Part shown: one piece after another, positions 12,041 through 27,692 of the stretch
How the letters are laid out: every line of letters begins with the position of its first letter
How positions within the stretch are numbered: position 1 is the stretch's first letter
Source: Spirogloea muscicola
Lineage: Eukaryota
DNA length: 60,740 bases
Assembly: GCA_009602725.1 (NCBI GenBank)
Contig: WELB01000023.1
Location: 669,331 to 730,070, forward strand
Reading direction: 5' to 3'
Program-made: the position numbers and the translations under genes
Notes under the pieces: generated by a model
Databases searched by the model: none
Told to the model about the DNA's origin: nothing
What the model saw: the letters and a program-made list of their open reading frames with translations, nothing else

Positions 12041-15000
12041 CTAAAGTCTCACTGTGAGAATCTCACAGTGAGCCATTCGCCTGTGCGTGCCAACTAGTTC
12101 CTGAGAGAAATTGCGACGAGCCCAATGAGGGACTGTCAATAAGTCATCCTTGGCGCAGACAGCAATGAATTCTGGGACTTAGACAATAAGTTGTCCTTAA
12201 ACGTAGGGCCAACGAATCTTACAGGCAGGTTTGTCTGATATACACAATTGAACGATATTCACCACAGGCTGGTACAACAAACAGAATGGTAATCACCAGC
12301 CAGAGCCAAAATGCAGATGCTCAAGCCTTATGCCACTGATGAGAGGCAGTACAGTATGATGCAGATGCTTCCTGGGCATAGTATGTAAATTACCCTGAAG
12401 AAGGTAGAGTGGCCAATGACTAAAATGGTGCCCTCTGCCCTTGACCTCAGGTACTGGCGGAACCGGCCCACTCTTTGCCTCAGACAAGCTGTGCAGCACA
12501 CGAGTGAGTTTGAGGAATGATGCACAGCAAAGACAAAAAACAGCCAATCAAGGTTCTATTGATGACCAGAAGCAGATTAGACCCAGGTTTGACCCAAAAG
12601 GGAAGGAACGGGCTATTCTGACGCACAGCAGTTGCACTTCCTGGAAACCTTTGCAAGAATCTTGACTTTTCCAAGTGGCATAACATGTTAAGTCAAGTGG
12701 CGATACATGGTATGTGAAGCACTTCGTAGGTTGGTACTACATGGTATGTCAAGCACTTCGGTACTGGCTTTCCCAGTCATGAGTACAGGGAAGAAGCAAC
12801 TCAGTAGCTCACACATGCTTTCTCTGCCGCCAAAGAGTCGCAGTTCTGCATCGTTAGGTGCATGAGGGGGTGAGTACCACCACTGCTCGGGGATGTTCTC
12901 GAATGACAGCCACGGATATGAGCGTGCCAGAATCTGGAAGAGAACACCCAGGACTTAAAGTCACAGTCTGCCTTCGAGAACCTGAGTTATGCAGCAATGA
13001 GCATTGTAAGAGTGTAAGGCTCAATGTTCTAGGAGCACAAATCTTTATCCTTTGGCAGGTCAGTGGGCATACCTGAGGTGATCGACCCACATCGCCTGGG
13101 CAGAAGACATGTTCAGCATGCAGCTCCCTTACTTCGATGGGGACCTGGCAATCCATGAACACAAATTGGCATTCAGCTTGCATGAAGCAGTCTGATCATG
13201 TGCGGTCTACGTTGCAAGGAGCTAAGTAAGAGGAAGTAAGAGGAAGACAATGCTTGATTCGAGGCTTTATCAAACTTGTCACAGATCCTCAGAAGATGAG
13301 TACCTTCAAGGATCCAATGGCATCCGTCAATGTCTGCAGGGCTCTTGTGAGCGGTGAAGTAAGTATCTGTAAGCTCCTCATGAGAATAAAAACATTCAGG
13401 ATGGAAAGGGTGGCAAGAAGCATGTGAACTGAGACATCCATGCATCAAGAAACCCTCTATATGTGCACAAAGGCTGCTACATCACATAATATGCCTCTTC
13501 AGTATTGTCACGGTGATGATACTGATTGTGATTTGTAATACAAATCGGAGTGTCATAATCAGATCAATCTAGGTTATAGGCATTCGTCGCATTGTGATAT
13601 TATTATTTGTAATGGTAGTAACCATCCAACGTTATAAAGCGATCAAAAAACCTGACTAATAGGTATTATCAGGAATTACAAGGCTAGCCATCATTTGGGC
13701 CAGTACATTGGTCCGGGCTCTTACCACTTCAGCACCTAGTGCAGGAAGCCGATGTTGAAGTGCTGCCGCCTGCTCGAAAAAACCAAAGATGGAGTAAGAC
13801 ATACTGCAACCTCAGTGAGCTCATCTCTTCTGCTCAGGCAGAGTTATCAACCCAGGCAGGGCAGACCCGAGCAACGAAAGCACAGTGCTACTGAAGATCG
13901 TCGAAGGGTGGTGCTGGCAGTGCTATGCATTGGCTAGCACATGATGTTGTGTCTCTATCTCTACCTCAAGGGGCATATGCTTGTAGACGCTACTTGCTTA
14001 TGTCCCAAAGACGACAATGGAATGTCAAAGACACGCTGCCTGGGGCCGCTCGCTCCAGCCAAGGAAGCAGTCGTGGTGGTCTGCATGACCCCGTCAGCTG
14101 AAGAAAGTCCAGTATGACCATGTCGGATGAGGTGGACAACCTGAGATATAAGATCCACACAAATAGACGGATGACCTTAATCTGGAGCTGTTGCAAGCAA
14201 TCACTCCTCTTATAATGTGGAGGTATGCCTTCTGTTGTAGTACAGTGACATATTATGCAAGTTGCTTGCCCTCGGTAGAAAGTAGGACCACACTTTCACT
14301 AGCAGCATGAATCGCATGCCTGCCTTGACCTGTTAATTCCCTTTGAGTCATGCCTTTCTTAGTAAGTCCTTGTCTGTGAACGAAGACGCTGTGACATATA
14401 CTGATGGGCAGAATTGCACCTTTGTGGTGCTTTGAAAGACAGGGAAGCTCACTGGGTGCTCTAGTGTCCGCTCCACAATTGCCTGCTGAAGCACTTCCTG
14501 GACATGCAAGAGGAGTAACATAGCATGAAGCTCTGTATGCAAGTTAAGCACCACATGTTACCCCTCTGCCTCTGTCCAAGGTGTAATGCTTGTTTGAAGA
14601 TGATCATCAAATTTGTAGTGAGGGGACAAAAGACAACGTGAATGAAGCTTCAGGAGAGTAAAATCAACTACAGAAGCGCCTATGCTGCCCAGCTTGGGCT
14701 AGGCAGCACTGGCATGGGCATGGCAAAGTGTTGCAAGATACATTGTAAGCTCCGGCCCCTTGATAATACCTTGTGAGCCTCAGCATCTGCATGAACCACA
14801 GTGGCCTGAGAGGAGGTGTGCATCCCAGCCAACACAAGCTGCCCAGCTGGGTGAGCCGCCACTGTAGAAGCTGCTGTGAGCAGCTCTTGGCCTTTGCCTC
14901 TGCCCTTGCCTCTGTGGAGATCCCCGTCTTCTCTCTCCTCGATCAGCTCAGTCCTGCTACCCGGACAGGCTCCTTCCTCCTTCGAGCCATCACTGCGACT

Positions 15001-15637
15001 TGGCCGTCGAAGGCTGCTCTGCGTCCTGCCGAGGCGCACACATTGCTTGGCTGAGCAACTGATACCAGCCAGTGACCACAAATGTCCGGCAGGAGGCCAA
15101 GCAATGTGCTCTTCTAGCATGGCATCTCACTCCCTCAGCAGGCTTCACGTTCCTGCTCTTGCGGACATGCATGCAAGGAGCTCCGCGTCTAGCTGGACTA
15201 CCCAACGTGAGAGCTCGGTTAGCCCGTCGGGTGACGGTTCTGATTGACACTCAGCGCCTGTGCCCTGCAAGCCATCGCGTACGGCGTAATCGACTCTTCT
15301 TTGAGCACGGCATTACTCAGGATCCAATTGTGCAGCTCATATCAGCTAATCAGGCCCCCTATCCCGTGGTCTGGTACTGGGAACCGACAAGGTGGGAGCG
15401 ACGGACGGACGTTTTCCGGCCGTCGTCGGCGGGCGGTGACGATGGCGGCATCGGAGGCGGGGACGCAGCCACAGCGCCTGACAGGTTGAGCGCGGGGCAG
15501 CCGTCCAGGTGCGCGTTGATGGCGTGGATCGGGACGCTGCGCAGGCAGGCCGGGCAGGCGGCGAAGCGGCTGCCAGGCGGAGAGGAGGTGCGCCCGCCGC
15601 CGCCGCCGCCACCGCCAGGGCTTGCCTTGCGCTTCAT
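12041..15637 (-). CDS. Histidine phosphatase / phosphoglycerate-mutase-like protein with N-terminal UBZ4 (Rad18-type) zinc finger
   Basis: ATG 15637 MKRKASP...CPACLRSVPIHAINAHLDGC. Phase-consistent exons ending 14770, 14497-14420, 14140-13994 (VVHLIRHGH...DIPLSSLGHKQ), 13769-13725, 13366-13304 (ILTSPLTRALQT), 13144-13073, 12933-12813, 12488-12394 (ILVIGHSTFFR), 12100-12041 (MAHCEILTVRL*). Splicing between 15410 and 15030 is uncertain. Confidence 0.8.
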
Positions 15638-15642
15638 TCCGC

Positions 15643-15674
<32 letters not shown>

Positions 15675-15938
15675 CGCATTCCCCGGCGGCAGTCGCGGCG
15701 GCGGCGGGGGGCTCCGGGCGCCGTGGCGGCGTGCGACGGAACGCTGGGAGAGCGCTGGCGCAGTCGTCCGACGCGACGAAAGTGCCGTCGCCAGTGACGT
15801 CGGATGGCTGGCCGCTGACGCTGACGCTGATCGTCGGGGGACGTCGTCCCTGTCGGCTGCGGCAGGTGGCACGGGGGGGGTGCAGTGGCGGCAGGGCGGG
15901 GGGCGGGCGCCTCGTCAGCCGGCCTGTCGGCGAATCCC

Positions 15939-15948
15939 GCCACGTGGC
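15939..15948. promoter_or_regulatory. Palindromic G-box/ABRE (GCCACGTGGC) in the divergent promoter between the PGAM-like gene and DRM1
   Basis: Perfect 10-bp palindrome between the ATGs at 15637(-) and 16692(+). Confidence 0.4.
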
Positions 15949-16691
15949 GCGGCTGACGCGGCCCTCGCGGCCATTGGCGCTGGGGCCCGGCGTGCACGTG
16001 CCCCCGCCGCGCGCGGGGAGGACGCGGACCAGTGGCCCGGGCACTCGGCGGCGGCCCGTGTCGACCGTCAGCGACGGCCCTCCGCCGTCGTGGAGCCGGC
16101 TCCCCGCGAAACGGTTGGCGCCACGGCCTGGAAGAAGTGGCACTCCCAATGGGGGCAAGGGCTGCGAAAAGCCAGCCCAAAGGGAATTGACAAGAAGGCC
16201 TGGAAGGACAAGGGCCGGGCGACGCGCCCCGGTGCTTCCCCCCTGCGGATAGTGCAGCGGCGCGCAGCGGGGGCGAGTGGGCGGTTGGCTTGGCCCTCCC
16301 TCCCCCTCCCTCAACCCCTCTCCCCTCAGAAGGCGCGCCCAGCGCCGGGATCGGGCGGGCCTTCGGCGAGGCAAGCATATTAAAGCTGTGAGTGTAATAG
16401 GCGAGAGACCAACAGTCGCCTTGCGCCTCTCGGGGCAGTGGGGCTCGCCTCCTCCCCCCCTTCCCACCCCCCCACCCCTCAGGGCAAGGGGCCCCACGCG
16501 TTTCCCCCCCCCCCCCCTATATTTGCCCTCGTGCCTCGACGTTTGCGCACTAGCCCCAGCAGCCCTCGTCTCGCGATAATCGCCCTGCCCTCCGACGCCG
16601 CTGCCGCCGCCGCCGCCGCCGCTGCCGCCGCCGTCGCCGGCCGGTCGCTGCCGTCGCCAGTCAGTCGTCGCGGCCCCCGCGGGGACGGACA

Positions 16692-18176
16692 ATGGGCCTG
16701 CTGGACAAGCTGTGGGACGACGTCGCCGGCGGGCCTCAGCCGGACAAGGGCGTCGGCAAGCTGCGCAAGCTCCTCGTGCCGGGATCTCCCCGCGCGGGGG
16801 ACGCCGCGCCCGACGGCCCCGAGTCCCCTGCGCCCGGCACGCCGCGAGAGATCCCGGGCGGTGAGCCCTCCCAACCTTTGTTGGTGGTCAGCTGCTTGGC
16901 TGGTGATGAGATTGCTCGTTTGATCTTCACTGACTTGTGTCCAACTGCATTGCCAATGCTTTTAGCTCTGTCATGATTGCCGAAGCTGCAGTGAGCTCGC
17001 AGCAAGCATTGGCATAGCCGTTAGCTGATATCAATGGCAATTTGCCATCGCTTGTTAAACTCGTACTTGTGAAGCAGTTTGCATTTAGTAAGACAACTTT
17101 CCATGCTTCTCTGCATCTCTTTCAGATGAAGATGCAGAAGCCAAGCGGCTCATGTGGGAGCGCAGGAGGAGTGGAGAATTCCAGGCTGCGCAAGAGGAAG
17201 CTCGCAGGATAACTCAGGTACTGAAAGAGCGCAGCACTCGATCTCCACTTACCTTTGTGTCCTCCGGTTCCAACAGCTTGCTGGAAACTGCAACAGATTA
17301 CCAACAATTGTCAGGACTCACCAGCACGTGGACTCAGACACGCATAATGCTTGTTCTTTCAGACAGATGTGACTTTTGGAGATGTCAATGTGTCAGTATC
17401 AAGGTGTTAGTACCCTTTTGGTTGTATCCATTGCATTAGTCTGAAAATGTCTTTCACTGCATGTTCATGCATGCAGAGCATTGCCATAGCAAAGCCACCA
17501 CAGTTGCGATCACCATCTTATGACAGAGCAAGCTCCCTTCCTTCCTCCTACGCTGGCAGTCCCGTACCGTCTCCACGCTTCAGCTCTCCATGTGAGCAAA
17601 TGCCATCCTTTGATCTAAGTGATGTATTGATTGTCTGCATGGAAGTCGCTGTCTTGTAATGGAGATGATATTAAATGTTTCATGATCCAATGTGCATGAG
17701 CCTGATGCGTCCTTGGTTTTGCTACTGATATTGAGCAGCAACCAAGGAGAATGTCTGGCGGAGTGTTTTTCACCCCGGCAGCAACAAAGCCGGCATGGAT
17801 CGCATGGGCTCGCACAAGTTTGACAAAGCTGACCCCAATGGGCCAAGCGTCTACGATTGGTAAGTATCCAGGTGCACAAGCTGAGTGATGGTTTCATCAC
17901 CGTCAATTGCTTTGTCAGGGACAAAGCATGAAGACAAAGCAGTTTCATTGCCTAGGTTATCGGGCTTTTGTCCTGTCATCTGCATTGCTCTGTCACTGTC
18001 CTTCAGTGACGTGGGTTCGCAGCCTGATTGCCACGTCTGGTGACCCTTCAAGTATGTGTCCTGCTTCACGTGTGTAGGTGGTCCTCTGTATCGCCCTAAA
18101 GAGCGTCCTCATCCTGGCCTCCTCGCCTTCACTATGCAGGATGTACAGCAGCAGCTCCAAGCACACTTGGCGCTAG
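16692..18176 (+). CDS. DRM1: Dormancy/auxin-associated protein (DRM1/ARP family)
   Basis: Exons 16692-16860, 17126-17217, 17477-17591, 17738-17859, 18140-18176. Family motifs MGLLDKLWDDVAGGPQPDKGVGKLRK and ENVWRSVFHPGSN...FDK..PNGPSVYDWMYS. Confidence 0.92.
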
Positions 18177-20065
18177 GTCCTTGAGTCAGTCAGTAGGGGG
18201 AGGGTGCCAGTCTGTTTTACAAATATGCACCTGTAGGCAGTGTCCCCTGCAACAGGCAGCCTCCGTTCTCTGTACTGAGATTTTGCACGCAGATCAGCCA
18301 TCTGACGAGTATGGCGTTTGCCTTCCTCGTGCCACAGGGCGCACGAGGTTTTCACAACCATGTGAGGGAAAAGTGGGATGCCTTAAGAACCCCGCAAAGG
18401 CTGCTGCCACGGCATCACACATGCCGTCAGGGCAACTCTGCCAATACAGACGGGCCTTGGCTCCTGTTTCCTCTTAGATCCCTCGCTGCGCCCTTGGTGT
18501 CAGGCAACGCTATAGCTGTAGATTGCAAGCTTTGGATTAGTCCACTTGCGACTTGTGCATAGATACTTGTACTCACACGGTGGACACCTTTTTCAGTTCC
18601 GCCTTGTGGAGATTGCCTCCTGTACTTCTGAGTCACAGGCCAGCTTTAGCAACGGCCAAGCTTGTGCTTTGGTTGGGTGCCTTGAAGTAAGCCATGTACA
18701 TAGCATCGACTTTGTACAAGCTGCAAGCATGTCAATGGCACTACATGTGCACCTTCTCGCTGTCCAACTTCCACCTAGAATATGCAATTTTATTGCATCA
18801 AAGTGTTTTTGGCGCAAGTATTCTCAGTAGGTAGCCAATCCAGAGCAGCAACTAAACGCAAACCCATTAGTTGTCCTGCTCTATTTATGACAGATGCCTA
18901 CTGCATATCATGCAGCCGGCCATTGCCTGTCAGACCGCTGTGTTGTTCTGCATAAGTGTGCAGATAAGGCATGCCCTGAAGCATTTTTTCCCCCAAGTCA
19001 ATCTCCAAAATAGCATTCGATGTAATTGGTCCTGGCCTTGCGTATACTGGCCTGTGAAGCCTCCGCAACAGCATTATATTACTAGATGGGCGATACACTC
19101 GTAGCCAGTTCCTTCCAGTAGACATCTTCCTACAAGGGGATTGCTGGTCTCTCCCCGTCACATATAGCATCTCAAGGTAGTATGGGGCAATGATCTAACT
19201 TTTTGAGCCAAAATATGGGATAGTAAGAATGTAAAGATTAGACATGGACTATGATGGTATGTGGTGATCACCTCATCTCCATGATAGAGCAATCCATCGA
19301 TGAATAACAATGAAGTTCCAATAGTTGATTCCACTATACATCTGATACATCACTACAATCTGACTGGAGCCTCGAGGAGTTGGCCATCAAGTCATGTGGC
19401 TTCTCATAGTTATGATAAGCATCCTCGACTGAAATCGTGTAGCCAGCAGCTTCTGCTTCACTATCCAGCATGCTGTCCTATTTAGTCATAGCAGTAGGTG
19501 CTCCATTACTGTGTTTAACATCTACTTCACACAATGTCAGATTAATAGTTAATCTGCCTGCAACGATCACATCCAACCATGAAGAATCTCCCCCACTAGC
19601 AAGGCTTCTGTGATAGTCACATTGTTTTGCCATATCAGTGAGACCCCCTTCGTGATGTTGTGCTACACTAGCGGCAGCTGGCTGCTCCACGGCCTCCAAC
19701 TTTCTCTATGGCTCTGCTTCTCTATCGTGGCTTCAATGTTGCCTCCAACGGTGTTGGACGGTTCTACAGCCACTGTGATCCTCTGCGCAGCAGGCATCAC
19801 TTTGGAGCACGCCAGATATGTCTTGTTAATACTGCCATCTCGTTTCCCTTCAACAATTCTGCGAAGAGACACAGAAGGGTCTGCGAAACGACACAGCAAG
19901 CAGTGTTTGATAAAGATAAGGCAAGCTTCCATGAAAATGCAATGTCTTAAAGCAATGTCCTGAAGGGACACCTGCATCATGTAGAACGTCGTGAGCAAGG
20001 TGCCATGGTGTGCAAGGTCGCCTCCACATCGTTGTTGGAGCTAAGGGCAGAAGTAGGAGAAAGAG

Positions 20066-20305
20066 AGAAGGCGCACGGGGCGCATGAATTGAAAGGGAGG
20101 CCAATTCAAGCCAATACATTGTTCAGGCAGAGTCGAGTGCAGACTAAACAATGCTACATAATACGGAGACCTAATCTAAGGTACCTAAGCTGACATTAGT
20201 ACCCACGGGTGAGCACAAACAAATCTGACAAGCTAACTTGGGGAGCTGGAGCGCCGCTACGAAAGCCGGAGGCCTGACTTAGAGCGCGCCCTGCACGTTG
20301 ATGAA
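20066..20305 (-). mobile_element. 5'-truncated CRE-like non-LTR retrotransposon 3' end (subfamily B) with 9-bp TSD
   Basis: Open frame LHQRAGRALSQASGFRSGAPAPQVSLSDLFVLTRGY* (stop 20198-20196) plus 130-bp 3' UTR. Direct repeat GAGAAAGAG at 20057-20065 and 20306-20314. Confidence 0.85.
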
Positions 20306-20581
20306 GAGAAAGAGGAGATATTCCTGTGTCAAGTGCGCGGGCTTGGACGACAAGGGCATAAACTCCCTCGTGTCTTGCTACACCTACACGACTTCGCGAG
20401 TTATATCAGATTCACCAATACTTGCTTATCTTGACTCATGATGTCCTATTTGGTGTCCTAGACCATTGGTAGGAGGTTGCCAGTTCCGCATGATAGCTAG
20501 ACTGTTATGTTGGCTATTATCGCGAAGAGGTATATTGAGGTTATTAAGAGGCATGGCTGGTCGATATGATGCTGGCGCGAC

Positions 20582-20735
20582 ACAGGATGGGGCAGTCAAA
20601 GTCTTCTAGCTGGCCGCTGACGAGATTAAGCATGCAATTGTGAAGCCAATCTAAGACAGGATGGGGCAGCTTGTCAAAGTTCTTCTAGCTCGCTGCTGAC
20701 GTGAATAAGCATGCAATATGTGAAGCCAATCTAAG
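20582..20735. repeat. Imperfect tandem duplication (74 bp + 80 bp units)
   Basis: acaggatggggcag...tgtgaagccaatctaag occurs at 20582-20655 and 20656-20735. Confidence 0.9.
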
Positions 20736-20995
20736 CGGTATCCTTGCTAGTGAATTAGCGTAAGGATATTGTCCGGCTGACCAGGCCTGCGTGAGAATCC
20801 TTCTGACATCCAAATTTGCAATGGGGGTTGATACAATTATTTTGGGGCCAGTTCGGTATTAATGCCCGACTGCACTAATGCTTCCAGCATAATATGAGCG
20901 AGACATCACGTATCCTTCTCACGAAGGTGATGTGAAGATCCATTGGTGAAGGTACGACTTCACAGTGTCTCAATGTCGGATGCAGTACACCATGT

Positions 20996-21051
20996 TAGAA
21001 AGGAGAGCATTCACCTGGATGGCTAGAAAGGAGAGCATTCACCTTGATGGC
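20996..21051. repeat. 28-bp tandem duplication
   Basis: tagaaaggagagcattcacct(g/t)gatggc x2. Confidence 0.9.
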
Positions 21052-21701
21052 TCAGCCTGAGAACTTAACTGTAGTGCCCTGCCTAGTTGCCCACCGGGAC
21101 GGTTGACGGCAGGGGCAAGGACAACATACCACCAGGAACACCATAAGGACGTCATGACATCAGTTTTAGTAAGTACACGTGGTGGCTATTCATTCTACAT
21201 TTGAAGCTATGGGGTGGGGTGAGGCGGGAGGGGCATTGGAATTTCAGCTTCTGCTTATTGTTTCCTGCACTGATATTCCATGCTGCTCACCAGTAGTACA
21301 AACAATCGCCTGCTCCCAAGTGCCCACATTATTCCACGGTGAAGAGAGATGTTCATACAGAAAATTATGGCTTGCGAATCTGCAAGGTTGTATAATTATA
21401 GTTCTTCATTAGTGCATCTGCCTACGACCTGCTCCCCAGCTTTGATCGTTCCCCAGCCTTGAGAATTGGCTGCTTAGAACTTACTGCCTGCATTGGCATA
21501 AAAGTGCAAGTTCTACCTATGCCTAAATGGTTGTGGTTATCTAGGTACTCTTTTACGCACTTGCCAAGCAGTGCTTGAGCTCGCAGGTAATTGGATTGAA
21601 AAGGAGAGGCAAATCATAAAGACTGTGGTAGACCTCCACCAAAAGCACACTACTTGGTTCTGCTAGACTTGCACAAAACAAATCTCTGCTGTTTCTGTCT
21701 T

Positions 21702-26187
<4,486 letters not shown>

Positions 26188-27692
26188 GGCCTCGGGGCCG
26201 ACAGCGGCCTGGTGCCGACACGTGGCGGCGCGGGCGGGCGCCGCCCCCCGCCCATTCGCAGACGCTTTGTATTTAAATACGAAGGGGGTGTTTGGGGCAG
26301 GGGCGGGCTGCCCCGGGGGCGCTGGCGCGCAAACGGCAGCACGCCGTTATGGGGCTCAGTGGCGGTGACCGGTAGTTGTGAACGGCGCCACCCCGGCGTG
26401 CAACGCTGTCCGTGTGCTTATGGCGTAATGTAATGGGCTGGGCGTCGTCTCCAAGTGGTGGCGCTCTCGTCACGCAGCGCTTTCCGGCTTTCCTTTGCTT
26501 GTTTCCAACCCTCGCCCCTTTGCCAGAGCTGCTTCATCTTCGTCTCTCACAGCCATCGCCCACTGGAAAGAGCTTGCTTCTCTCACAGCTGATCTGTCTC
26601 TTTACACAATAACCACAGTAAAGATCAGGCTGGCCTTCCACAGCCACTGCTCCCTCCTCTCGAAGAGCTTCTTTTCTTCCACAGCCACCGCAAATCTCCG
26701 AAAGGGCTTCCCCAACACCAAGTGGCTAGACCTGCTGGTATGGTTGGCAGGACCCATGGAGGCAAGGCAACAGGCACGAAGAGGTGGGCAGGCAGATGCT
26801 ACAATGCATGCTTTATCGTTCTGCTCCACCAATGCACCTCACTGTTTGCTGCAGCAGTTGCAGGCATTGACCTGGCACCTGCCCGCTTGGCACGCTCCTG
26901 TGCGCAGCTTCAGTGCTCCAGCACGGCCTCATTATCATTCTCCAGTGCATATGACTGAAGTTGCTCACCTGGGGCTACTATGTACATCAAGGATAAGTAG
27001 CCACGAAGTCAGTATGGCAGCCGCCAGACTTGTTGACAGGACGTCTTTTCCTGACTGGAAGCTCTTGCTCCACTCCTGTTCCTCTCACAATATCGTAGTA
27101 GCCGCTGCCACTCTTTGTAACCCATTTCCACGGCTTTAGGCCGACCTTGGTGGCTTTATTGCTCCTTCAAACGAAGGATAAGAGCTTGATGTGTGGCAGA
27201 GGAACCTCCACATGCCGTCGCTGCGGCCATCTTCCATCTCATAGTAGATATGCCTACTGGGATGCTGCAGAATGCATGTACATACATTGTCAAGTCTGCT
27301 GGTCAACATTGCGCCCAGGCTGAGATGGTCACTAAGAACAGTCCGACTAGCATGGGATTATCTCTGGCATACATGAGTCACCGCCCTTTTGTGATATTGT
27401 GAATTAGCAATCCTAGACTGCAGGAAATTGCAGTAGCCGGCCGTCATTTGGCAAGCCTAGCCCTGACCTGAACCTTGCATTCTTTCGAACTGGTTGAGAG
27501 CCTTGTAAGCAGAAATTTACCCCTCAAAAGGCATATGCAGGCCTACACCTTATTAAGTCTCTTGGATCGCTTGAGAAGGGACAGTAAGAGTAGGAATCAA
27601 TGATGCACTCAAGGAAGCTCGAGGCTAAAGCTCAAGCACATTTGCGTGCACACGAGGACATAGCAGAGAAGGCAAAGCACGTCAAGAGGGAC

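Noticed and set aside
13497..13732. AT-rich block starting tgtcacgg and flanked by CTTCAG direct repeats, like a solo LTR
   Set aside because: The right-hand end is the exon/donor (GAAGTG|GTAAGA) of the PGAM-like gene, so the apparent TSD lies in coding sequence and is coincidental.
15480..15640. FAN1/WRNIP1/Rad18 call from the UBZ finger
   Set aside because: Downstream exons encode a histidine phosphatase, not a nuclease, ATPase or RING domain.
18870..19990. Possible kinase or retroelement remnant on the minus strand
   Set aside because: Only scattered weak resemblances with many stops; no diagnostic motif.
20582..21051. CRISPR-like repeats
   Set aside because: Only two adjacent units each, with no spacers, in a eukaryotic context; simple tandem duplications.
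26600..27200. Coding-like stretches between the SBE1 promoter and the secA 3' end
   Set aside because: No recognisable family and no consistent exon chain.
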